64,000 nucleotides of DNA from Vicugna vicugna (lineage: Eukaryota). Position 1 is the stretch's first letter. Every line of letters starts with the position of its first letter. Where the stretch lies: the NCBI GenBank assembly GCA_013265495.1, contig MU058213.1, positions 3,286,001-3,350,000 on the forward strand. Direction: 5' to 3'. Positions 13,004-24,384 of this stretch are shown here, one piece after another. The position numbers and the translations under genes were made by a program. The notes under the pieces are model-generated. The model was not told the origin of the DNA and searched no databases. It saw only the letters and a list, made by a program, of their open reading frames with translations.

Positions 13004-16000
13004 TAAACTGTGCAATCAATCAGTACTTAGACAGCAGTTTCATAAACATTTTGGCATTTAAACTTTTATTCATTTTTGGCATGACCTGTAGGACAGTATA
13101 TAAACTATCCTGGGGAGGGGGGGAATACTAGGCAATATTTACTATAATGCTAGAAAAAGAAAACAAACCCACATTATTAAGCAAAATATGTTTTAAGAAG
13201 ACATTAAAAAGGTACATTCAAAATCAAGGCAAACATTTGCTTTCTTCATGCAATGGAGTTCACAGAGCTGATCCCCTGAGTCAAGTATAAAATTAAAATA
13301 GCTCAGCTCTGGAGTCCATTAGCTAGTCTGCAAATGCTACCCTTACAAGAAAATGGTATACAGAGTGAAAGGATCCAGAACACCCATAATACGAAATAAT
13401 ATAACTGGCTCCCACACTTTCATTTAATTCACATCTTCAAAGAAAAAAAATCACGCGTACACAGATAATTTTGTCCAACAACAGCAACAGACAGACAAAC
13501 TTACTTAATATATGTCCTCTAGTCTACTGATAGGCTAAGGCAATCAATGTGTGTGTATTCAGGCTTTGCAAATTTCTAAAACAGGCTCACACTGCTAATC
13601 ACTGCTAATCATTTCCATTTGCAAAGGGAATAGATATAGAGAATGTGGTAATGGGGAGAAAAATGTTTTAGGTAAGCATTTCAAGTATTTCTGTTGTTTT
13701 TGAAGATAGTTCTATAGAAAAATAAACTACTGTGACATAAATTTTTAAAGAAAAAGTTTGTAAGTTAGGACTGTGTCTGCATACCATCGACTACTTACAA
13801 GGTAGGAAACTTGAGTAAATCAGGAAAGGTGTTCAGAATCTCATGCATGATGCTAAGAGTGATACTGGCTGGTTCAAGAAAAAGTGAAGGAAAACATTTA
13901 CTTTCTCTAAAAAAAAGACAATACTCATATAATTCTCCCAATAAGCCTTAAAAGTTAACTTGAGTTAACTAGAATTAGATGCCAGCATGTGTTACCCTAT
14001 ATAAAATTCATTCCAAATGGTTTAACGAAATGTCGAAATGCTCTATAATCTTGAAAAAGTAGATCTATTAGAGAAGAATTCTAAAAATGTACTTCTGTCC
14101 ACCCCTCGGGGAATGTTAGACTCCCTCCTTAAATCTTTAAAAGCTAAGATATTAAAAGATGAAAGATTTAAATTAGGGTAAGATGATTTCATGTTTAGTA
14201 CTTTCAAAAGCACTGCAAATCCCCCTCTTATAGATTCACCTACATTGAAGATGAATGTTTAAATCCCAGTCTACATCTTTTATCAACCACTTCCTTCTGT
14301 TAGTTTTTTTTTGTGCATATACAGGAAATGAAAACATTTTTCATTTTAGCACAGGCAAAATGTAATTGGAAAGGCTGCCCTGTAAAGAAAAAAAAATCTG
14401 TTAAGGTATATTTCACAGCCTCATAGAAATGACTTTTGGATTTTAATTATTTATACTTTAAAGTTTTCAAAATACTACTGCTTCATTCTACACAACAAAT
14501 TATCCTCATTTCATGGAAAGAAAAGGAACAGATATAGGTTAGTAATTTTCCTACCAAACAATTCTCAAAATGGTCAAGGACTAGAATTTAGGTGCTTCAA
14601 AGACTTACCTTATTCTACCACATGATTCTCCCTCAACTTCACTCTCTCTTAAATTAATTAGGTTGAATTCAATAAAAACTATACTCTTCAGATCTAGCCA
14701 GAAGGGATGACTGGCTACACATCTGGCTTTTTCTAGTTAATAAATGCCTACTTGGATATGAGGACTAGAGAAAAATTACAAAAGATAAAATTCAACTCTG
14801 AACACCTAGTCTAATAAGGAAATGCTTGAATAGATAAGGAGTCCAGAACCATGCCCACCTTATTTAATGCAACTCTAGGCATAAGCACCAGCCTTCAGAC
14901 ACAGTTTTGGCTAAGAGAATGAAAGGTTTCAAAGAAGGAAAGAGGGATGTTAGGAGGTGATGGAATGAGTTTTCGCCCAGCCTCCTGAATTCCTCCTGTG
15001 AATAAACAGACGTAATGAAGACAGACATCTCTCTACTGATTGGCTATGCCTGTGTGGACAGGTTGTCTTAACACAGCAGAAGGCACTATGAGCTGAGGTA
15101 ATAAAGATCATTTCTTTGCTGAGAAAATGCATCACAGTAGAAATTCTATAAATGCTGGAGTTGGACCAACTCCAATTTATATCTTACTAGCCACTTACTA
15201 GCTGTGATCTTTGGCAAATTAGACACTGTAAACCTGTTTTCTGATCTCTAAAATGGGGATAATACTTGCTTTGCAGAATGAAGCAGTTTGCAGAGGTGAA
15301 GCATGTGCTGGGCACGTCACATATGCTCTGTAAATGGCATTATTCCTTCCCAAGAAGTAGAGACAGAAGTAGCTGAAAAGTGACCAGCACTCTTAACCTT
15401 AGAATATCATCATGGTCTGAAAATTAGGGTAGAATTATAAACTATCCTTCGAATCTGAAAAAAGGCTTGACTTAAAATGATCTAGAAATTAGAACAAACT
15501 ACAGCTGTGGAATCTAAAGCTTTCTAGGAAAAGGGACAATTGAAATCAAAGAAGAATGATAAGAAAGAAAATTTCCTAGGAGTTGTACATGTTGACAAAG
15601 TAAGTGGAAGCTCTTGCTGAGGGTGTTAGAAAATCAAGAGGTTATAAACTAAAAACCAAACAGTTGGTAGCTGGTGAAGCTGAAGAAATAAACTCGATTT
15701 AAAAGTCAAAAAGGGTACATGTTGCAAACATGCTTTTAAAAGAAAATAAACTTAAGCACAGTCCTGTTCATCTACTCTGAGTCCCTGTGTTTGAGGTCTT
15801 TCCCCAACCCTACCCCAACAACACAATCACTTAAGAGAAAAGAAGAAAGCTCAACTCTCATAAGAACAGTTTTCAAAAATTTCTGACAAAATTCTATAAA
15901 GTTAGAGCCAAATATTTAGGAAACTTCCTATTAAACAATAGAACTGAGATGTTAATTTACAAAGCACGTATTCAAAAAGTTTAAAGCTGAATTGCTTTTG

Positions 16001-16166
16001 CAAGTGATGTAGAGAGAGTTTAATGTATATACATTTGACAGGCAATAAGCCAAAGTTTTCATAGTTTTTGAAATTCTGAAGATCCCCTAGAGGCACACAG
16101 TTTTACACTTATACAATCTCTGTAATGCTACAGACATTTTATGGGGATCAGAATTCTACAGAAATT

Positions 16167-16580
16167 TGTAGGCAAAATAATGGCCACCCACATAAGTCCA
16201 TGCCCAAATCCCTAAACTCTGAATGTGTTACTGTACACAGCAAAAGGGACTTTTCAGATGCGGGAGTATCCTGGATCACCCAGATGGGCCCAATCTAATC
16301 ACATAGTCCTTAACACTGGAGAACCCTTCCTTGTCGGGGTCAGAAAAACAGACAGAGTAATGGAAGTGGTGCCAGAGAGATGCTATGTTACCAACTCTCA
16401 AGATAGAGGGAGGGGTCTACAGCTCTAAACTCCAGAAAAGATAAGGAAACGAACCTTGATTTTATCTCATTGAGACCTGTGTCAGACTTCTTACCTACAG
16501 AACTATAAGAAAATAAATTTGTGTTGTTTTAAGGCCAACTCTGTGGTAATTTATTATAGCAGCAGTAAGAAAATAGTACA
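16167..16580 (+). mobile_element. MLT1 (ERVL-MaLR, MLT1D-like) solo LTR inside the PRTG 3'UTR
   Basis: TG...CA termini; 'aataatggccaccca', 'gatgggcccaatctaatcaca', 'aataaatttgtgttgttttaag', 'ttatagcagcagtaagaaaatagtaca'. Confidence 0.75.
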
Positions 16581-19500
16581 GTATCTGTCTGGTAAAACTG
16601 CAAGACTGTCATGTTAAACACTTTTAAAGGTTTACGAAGGGAAAATGCCTGAGAAGATTAAAGCCTGAAAACATACACATTGCATTAGCCTGTGATCTTA
16701 TGTCCTGAGCATAAATCAACTTCACAGAGAATTCTATGTATGTGTTCTTCTAAACATCAATAAAATTCACAAATAGACAACTGGTTGTGTATGGTGATTC
16801 TCCAGAACCCTCTACTGTGTGCTCATAGCCCATAGAAAACATGAGTATTCAACCAAAGCAATTTTATCCATGTGTCAGGAACAAAGTCTACAAAATACAT
16901 GTTTAGTCTCAGATCATGACCCTCTCAACATATTGAAACTTTTTTTTTTACATTCAGCATTAAAAATTTACATTCAATGAAATATAAATATATGTGAATC
17001 ACTACAGCCACTTCTGAGGTGGAACCACATTCTAGCATTTAAAAAAAAAACAACTTTCAAATCCATCTTTTTGTGACACTCTGAATCATTTCCAAAGCTG
17101 TCTTCATGTGGACCTGAACAAGGATCCTGAGTCGTCAACATGAGCAAATTCCTGGCAGACATTCCTTAACGAAGCCAAGACAAACCAATGCAAACCACTG
17201 TCACTGTTCCCAATGGTGGCACTGCTCTTGTTTGAAGTAAAGGCAAATAAAGGCATTTCATTGAGGATCTAATTTCCCTGGTGTGCCAAAGCTCATTTTT
17301 TTTTTAAAGCCAATCAGTGGATAAAACTGTGTCCTTACTTTTAGGTTAATCAAAACATAAAACTCCAGATTTCATAAAAAAGATTTTTGTTTCACCTAAG
17401 GCTCCACTAAAGTTCGAAACACCTTGATGCAATTAAAATATTTCAGCTTATGGATAATTTTAAAGAGCACATCTACCAAAGTACAGCCCACTTAAACAGT
17501 GATATGGTTTGTTTCCCTGCTATATCCCATTGCTCCCCAGAGATGAGAACATCCCTCTCATTAAGGGGCTGCCTAAAGCACTCAGAGTTAACCAGGTAAC
17601 GCTTAAGCAGGAGGAAGACTACGCAGGCTGATTCAGGGGTTGCCAGAATGCTCTGCGATGGAAAAGCCTGCTGATACTTCTGTTGACATCTCACACTCAA
17701 GGTGCTTAGGAAAGTATCACATCATTTGGCAAAAACATCCTGTGGCTGAATCAGCAGATTTAATGGAAAGTCCCTACGTATGCTACTCGTATACAGACTG
17801 GGTTCTGGAGAGACAAGTCTGGTTGACATAAAAACAAGAAACAACAGTTTAATGTATAACTAAATCTGCCTCTCTGAGGAGGTAACCTTAAATATCTTTG
17901 GTTTTTTATAAATTTGCTGATAAAAAGTACTTGAATTAAAACACTGATAAATACCAATATAACTGTATTGCTTTTAATTATGTAAACTTAGCCCTTTGAT
18001 ATCTCTGCTACTAAAGCTAGTTTCCCTATCAGCCTCTAAATAAATTTATTTCAAATCTGCTCATCTTTACTTACTTACAGGCTAACCTATATATTTTAAT
18101 GGTCTTTGGTATGAAAATACTGATGAGCAGTATCTTGTAATATTTGGCATAAAAATGACATGCACGTATCAGTACTTACAGAGAATAAACCTTTGGGAAA
18201 GAAAATAGTTACTATTTGCATATTAGCCCCTTTGGAGTGAAATACCGTGACATAACACCACTAGGAGAGAGAAATGAGAATCTTCACATTTTAGTTACAA
18301 TTTCATACTTAAGACTTCAAAGAAGCTAGCTTTGGCCAAGTAAAAAGAAGTCTTTGGTGTACATTAAATATCTTACTTCAATGAGACCAAAATATTTATC
18401 TTTGGTGAAAAGATTTTTTTTCTCTCCAGCAAGTAGTTTCAACAATTTCAATATACTTTAATACTGTATAGCTGAAGATCTACTTGCTGAAGAAAAAAAA
18501 AAATCTGAAATTCTATGGAACTATCTGCTGGTGAAGAACTTATTTTAAATGCTCTGGTAACAATAAGGTAGTTAAAATTACTAGTCTATTTAACTACAAC
18601 AATTAATATAAACCCTATCATTCTGGGTTAGTAACTACCTGTATAAGCTTTATACCTATACATGTTTCTAGTTAATTCAACTTGGGGGGAAATCATAGTC
18701 AAATTTCCACTTTCTACTGAAAATTCTTTGGTAACAGGATTATTATGAAAAAATCTTGTATAAGAACAAAATGAAAAGGTGAAAGAGTAAAAAATGTACT
18801 GGTAAATAATTAGCAAATAGTTACAGCCTAAAGATCTACAATTGCTATGGGCCTATTTATCAAAAACAAAACAAACAAAATACTCTCTTCAAGGACTTCA
18901 GATCATCACTTTAGGCTTTTAAAATGATTCAAATTCATAGAGTCCTAGACATATCTCCCATAATCACGATGGACAAGGTTTCAAGTTTAGATTTTGTTTG
19001 CCTTTTAACAAAAGTTTAAAATAATAAAACCAACTCATTGTACTCCTTAAATTTAGACACTGATAAAAATTGGCCCCTCATACTTCTACTTACGAACCAA
19101 AAAAACGCCATACCCTGTCAATTTGCCCATGCTTCCATGAGGCAGCTCAAAAGCAACAAAACGTTCCCTGAGTACAGGAAAAAAAAATAACACTAGAATA
19201 ACTTTACAAGGAGGTAGTATAAAACAGGAGCTATAAAGGCAGGAGCAGCATTTTCCCTTGCCTCAGATTGTTCACCTAAAGCTCTGCTTTTTTGTTTCGC
19301 CATGAAGCCCATTTTTAGATAACAAAATGGGGGACTTGGAATTCAGTTCGGAAGTGTTTGCTGGCACTTAATGTTGGTCTGCTTCTGAACACATCCAGTT
19401 TGGCACAAAACTACGGATTAAAAAACAACCAAAAAATGTTGTATCATCAGACATTGGGATAGAAGGTGACAGAGGTGGGACAGTTACCCAGTAATGTTTT

Positions 19501-21077
19501 TTTTTTTTTAAGAACATCATTTAACATGACCCCTCTATAAACAAAAGGTTTCAAGGGGAAGATCCATTATGATTCCTTCCAAAATGAGGCTCAAGGCTCA
19601 AAAGTCATTTCTAGATAGTTTGAAGAAATACTTTTAAAAGATATGAGGGCCCCCTCTCTATACACCATGTGTTTCTTTATCCTCTCCCACTGCTGGGTAC
19701 CGAGTAGTTAATGGTCTCATGACTGAGAGAAAGCCTATCTATGTGGCTAAGTAAACAGTTTGCTGATTTCAAACCAGGAAGAGAGTTAACTCACTCCTGG
19801 AGTTAGCACTGCTTGTTCACAGCACTGATGCTGAAGGAAGATTAAACAGAGTACCAAATTCTCTTAAGAATTCAAGAAAACACAAGCAAGCTGGTGGAGC
19901 TCTGAATACTTATCCCTAAACAAAACCTGCACAAAAATAAACCAAAATGCTTTGATAAAATTCTGTACATAAAAACAGTTATTGATAAAAATCCAAGAAA
20001 TTCTTAAGGCAACTTTTTGTACTCTTGTCCTGAAAAACTTCATGAATATTAAAAAAGTATAAGGCAAAGAACTTCATAATATATAATGAAAGGCACTGTT
20101 ACCATGACAACCTCAAGTTTATTTTACTGTCTACTGTTGCATTTATCTTCATTCTTAATATTTTATGAAATTTCTTTACCCCTTTAAGCCAAGCTGAGAT
20201 TTAAGGGGGAAAAAAAAAAGCCCTAACCTATTCTCTTTAAAAATCTGTTTCCTGCAAGGAGTTTTGCAGCTAATTCTGGAAAGGTTGAGGATGCTTTGCA
20301 AACTAGACAGTGCAGCCTTTGGCCAACTGTCAGGCAAAGGGGCAGGTAGAAAGGCACGGCTTCGAGACAGGCTGAGGTCTGGGTTACAGCAGAGAAAGCA
20401 TTCAGGCTCTCATGCCCACTGTGTAAAGGCCCTTGAAGCAACAGCATTCCCTGTACGCTAATGAACAGTTCTGTTCTCAAAAGAGATAGACTTTCTTGTT
20501 TTGGTCATTCAGTAAAATCAACAGTCCCAACTTTTCTCTTCTCAGTGGTTTCAGTCCGCACAGCCAGAGGTGCTAAATTATCTAAATCATGTAGGTATCA
20601 TAGTTTCTTGTTGTTGTTGTTGTTTTTAAATCAGAGCTTCGGATAAACATTCTTACTCATCTACCTATATGACTCCTTTGATCACACACATTACACGTAC
20701 AGCAATGAAAACAAAATGCTACTAGGAAGTATCATTGGTTACATAGCGGAGATCAACTATCACAACAAACGAGGTAACAAAGTTATCTTCTGAGTTTGCC
20801 ACTTGGCAAACTGAGGTAGATAGTCAGCAAAGGGGCTTTCAAAAGTCATCCCTTTGCTCCAGTGATATATTTTATAATCCAGTCAAGTATCTTGACTGTC
20901 TTTTCACATTGCTGACAATGAAACATTCAAAATATGTGAGCTTAAAGATAAAAAAAAAACCACATTCAAAAAAGGTGAAATACCCAAAAAGACATCAAGA
21001 TTTTCACAAAAGGCTTTGGCTCCCTGTTCATTGTCCTTCGAACAGACTTAAAGGTGAGAATACCTGGACATGGCTGT

Positions 21078-21482
21078 CTAGATTGGAAAATCCTTTTTAT
21101 CAAAGCAGAGCATGGCAGGTGGTGGCTGCGGCACTGAAGGGAGAGTTTGCTCGGCATCTGACGGCACTGCAGGGTCTTCACACTTCCTCATCGAGGGCTC
21201 CCCACCTGAATCACTGCCAGTGAAGGAACTGGGGATCAGGGGCGTGGTACTTATAACTGAGGACAGGTGTATTTCATCATTGGATTCGTGGGAGAACCTT
21301 CCGGAATCCCCAGTTTCGTGGCTGCCTTCACTATTTGCTGAATGCTCAGTATCAGTCGCACCACCAAAGGGTCTTGGGAAGCTGGCTGTCTGACCTGGGG
21401 AGCTGGGGGAGTCTTCATCACTGATCAATACCGTGGTGCCTGGCTGGTAAAAGCAGACTGCTTGAGTAAATCTTCTTTGAGG
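21078..21482 (-). CDS. PRTG: PRTG last coding exon (exon 20 by human numbering): [31 protein letters not shown]...DKKDFPI*
   Basis: Acceptor ttttgcctag|CCT; 405 nt = 134 aa + TAG. Matches the recalled protogenin tail ([29 protein letters not shown]). Confidence 0.93.
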   Translation of the reverse strand, partial: PQRRFTQAVCFYQPGTTVLISDEDSPSSPGQTASFPRPFGGATDTEHSANSEGSHETGDSGRFSHESNDEIHLSSVISTTPLIPSSFTGSDSGGEPSMRKCEDPAVPSDAEQTLPSVPQPPPAMLCFDKKDFPI

Positions 21483-21931
21483 CTAGGCAAAAATACATAA
21501 AACACCATCAGCCATACCAGAGCACTCTTAAAAAATAATAAACCTGGTTTTACAGATTCAGTGTATTCTGAGACAGCAAACTGTTCAAGTTACCTGGGTG
21601 AAAGAAAGGTCATCATGAAGGAACTGTCTGGGCCAGTGGTTCCGCAAGGAGTGAGAGCACATCAGAATAACTGGGGCAAGAGACGTGCCCCACCCCTTTC
21701 TCCATTGCCCCCCAGTCCCCACTGAGAACCACAGCTCTGATTACTATTCCAGCTGTCACTTCAGTGATCATTCCCCATGGCTTTCCATAGAGTCATGTCC
21801 CAAATTCATAAAATTACATCCAGAAAGAACACAGAAGTTAAAAGCCTTCATTTTCATTTTCCTCTTTTTAAAATTATCATTTCATATACCATGGGTGGCC
21901 AAAGATTCTTCCATTCAGGTAGGTGAGTTAC

Positions 21932-22036
21932 CTGCTCAGCTTTTATCTTCTTAGAATCTTGGAAAAAAAGCCATTTTTTCTTAGGGTTGCTTTTAATAAT
22001 AGGACCATAGCTATTAATTATCAGGTCAGTTCCTCC
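21932..22036 (-). CDS. PRTG: PRTG exon 19: [35 protein letters not shown]
   Basis: ctccag|GGA...CAG|gtaact; 105 nt, phase 0/0. Not in the ORF track; found by manual translation. Confidence 0.93.
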
Positions 22037-22977
22037 CTGGAGATATAAAAGGGAAAAATGTGCATATTACAGATTTCAGTTTATTACAAGTAGTACACAA
22101 CATTTTTACATGTTAAAAGAAAAAATGATTATAGACATTATTATTTCTTTTTTTACACAAGCAGCGCACAACAAATACAGGATATTTGTAAGTGATCAAA
22201 AAGATAAAATTGGTTTATTTCTGAGAGATATATATGCTGAAGTATGTGGGCTGAAGTGTAATGATTCCAAAACTTCTTCTCAAATGACAGAGGAAACAAA
22301 AATACAAAGAGAGAGAGAGAGAAATGACAAGATACTGATGATTATTTGTGCATTCATTATATTTTTTCAACCTTTCCACATGTTTGAAAAATTTGAAAAG
22401 GATTTGGGAAGAGAAAAATGGACCCACATGTGCTCGACAAAACAGTAGTAGACGGGGGATCATTTCTTAAGCTGACCCATGGGAATTCAGAGACCTGTCC
22501 TTCAAGCTGGCTTCTCCGCCTCACTTCAGGCCTCCACTCTGCTCTGCCCCCTTTCACGGGAATGCAGATGCTCCCTCTTTTTTCCCACGTCTTCCTCCCC
22601 ACTGCGTGTCTCCTTAGTCCTTTCCCATGTCTAGTTCCAAGTGCTTAATAACAGAACAACAGTGTATTCTAGTGCCTTTTGTGCTTATTTAAAAGTTTTA
22701 GGTTCTAATGTTCTAGATTAATTTGAAATAAATTAAATGGCTTGCATTTGCATCAGAAAATAAAAGCTAAATTAAGCTGCAAACAAAAAATACAGAAGAC
22801 AAGAGTAGCAAAAATCAATTCATTATTATTTATCCAGATATACACAGTATATAGCACCGTGCTAGATACAAGTAAATTACGTATGTTGAATATAATTGTG
22901 TAAAATTTAATATGAAAACTACCTGAAATTTTGTTATATTTTTGGTATTCTATATTTTGGGGAAGAAGAATTTATAC

Positions 22978-23172
22978 CAGGATTTAGCAAGTTTTTTCTG
23001 TAAAGGGGCAGATAGTAAATATTACATGCTGCAGACTACATATGGCCTCTGTTGCATTTTTCCCTTCTTTCTCCTTTTTATTTTCCCCCAAAATACCCTT
23101 TAAAAATGTAAAAAACATACGTAGCTCAGGGATGGCCATACAAAAATAGGCTGCAGGGTTGTGGATACCTGA
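22978..23172. mobile_element. hAT-Charlie MITE (MER58-like)
   Basis: 'caggatttagcaagttttttctgtaaaggggcagatagtaaatatt...ggccatacaaaaataggctgcagg'. Confidence 0.6.
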
Positions 23173-23842
23173 TTTACAGCACATTGGTTATGAGAGCCAT
23201 TATAATAATGCATGCTATCCAATGTTGCAATGTGACTAAAAATAATTTTCAGTTGGTGTTCACAACGCTTATCACTGTACTATTATTACATATAGCGGGG
23301 AAGGACATGAAGTAACCTCCTCCACTGACATCTCTTTACTATGTCCAACTTCCTAAGGCCATAAAGGGAAGGATCTCGAGATGCCCATTTAGATACTCCT
23401 TATTTTAAAAATATGTCGTTCATATCTGGAATGTTCTGATGCTCCCTTCAGTTCGAAAATCAACTAAAGTATATAATTGATTAATAAAAATTTATCCATC
23501 TAATATATAGAGGACAGCCCCAATTATAGTCAATATGGACTAATGACCTTTGTGTCCTTATTTAAGAGATCTCAGCTCCACATAATCCCATCTAAGAGAA
23601 TTTATGCTACTTTTTCATTTTTTTCTTTATCTCTTTCATCTTTTATTCTTTTACCTATCCCTATCTTCTTCTCCCCATTTTATGCTAGGAAGGACCTCGG
23701 TGAAATGGTTTCCCATTTCATCACATGGAGTATGGATGTAAGAAATTCAACGTATCATTTTTTGGTAAGAAGATTTTACGCATACAGAGAAGATGAAGAG
23801 TGGGAAGGAGCACGCAGCACTGAGTCCGACAGCCGAAAGTAC

Positions 23843-24008
23843 CTTGGCGTCTATGAAGCTGTTCGGCATGATCATTGGCATTAAGGACTCTTCATTTTCT
23901 ACCACTCCTTCCAGGTTCTTTCCCATTTCATTTCCGCTGGTGAGGGAGGCACCGGTACGAGATAACTGTTGAGCTCCATTCTGTGCTGTCTTGGAGGCAG
24001 ATGATTTC
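23843..24008 (-). CDS. PRTG: PRTG exon 18: (R)KSSASKTAQNGAQQLSRTGASLTSGNEMGKNLEGVVENEESLMPMIMPNSFIDAK
   Basis: atttcag|G AAA...AAG|gtactt; 166 nt, phase 2/0. Confidence 0.93.
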
Positions 24009-24165
24009 CTGAAATAATGCAAGAAAACAAAATCGTCTAAGTCCAGAGAAGATAGAAGCAAATGTACCAAATTTGGTGAAATTAGCAAAACTCACAACTT
24101 CGCAAACAATGGACTTCCTTAATGCTTGTTTCTCAAACACCTTTAGAAAATGAGTACTAGATTTT

Positions 24166-24230
24166 TTTAAAATTGAGGTACAGTACATTTATTTTATTCT
24201 GTTAGTTTTAGGTGTATAGCAAAGTGGTTC

Positions 24231-24311
<81 letters not shown>

Positions 24312-24384
24312 TATATATTCTTATTCAGATTCTTTTCCATTATAGGTTATTAAAAGATATTGAATATAGTTCCCTGCACTATAC
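24166..24384 (-). mobile_element. 5'-truncated L1 3' end with a perfect 15-bp TSD, carrying a long (TA)n at 24233-24318
   Basis: TSD tgagtactagatttt at 24151-24165 and 24385-24399; L1 3'UTR text 'gatattgaatatagttccctgcactatac'. Confidence 0.85.

Larger units (their letters stand above)
12984..21077 (-). other. PRTG: PRTG long 3'UTR (~8.1 kb)
   Basis: Follows the stop codon. AU-rich, depleted of repeats and dense in miRNA seed matches. The 3' end is inferred from the poly(A) signal. Confidence 0.65.

Noticed and set aside
20909..21393. Plus-strand ORFs antisense to the PRTG last exon
   Set aside because: Shadow ORFs of coding and adjacent sequence, with no independent support.
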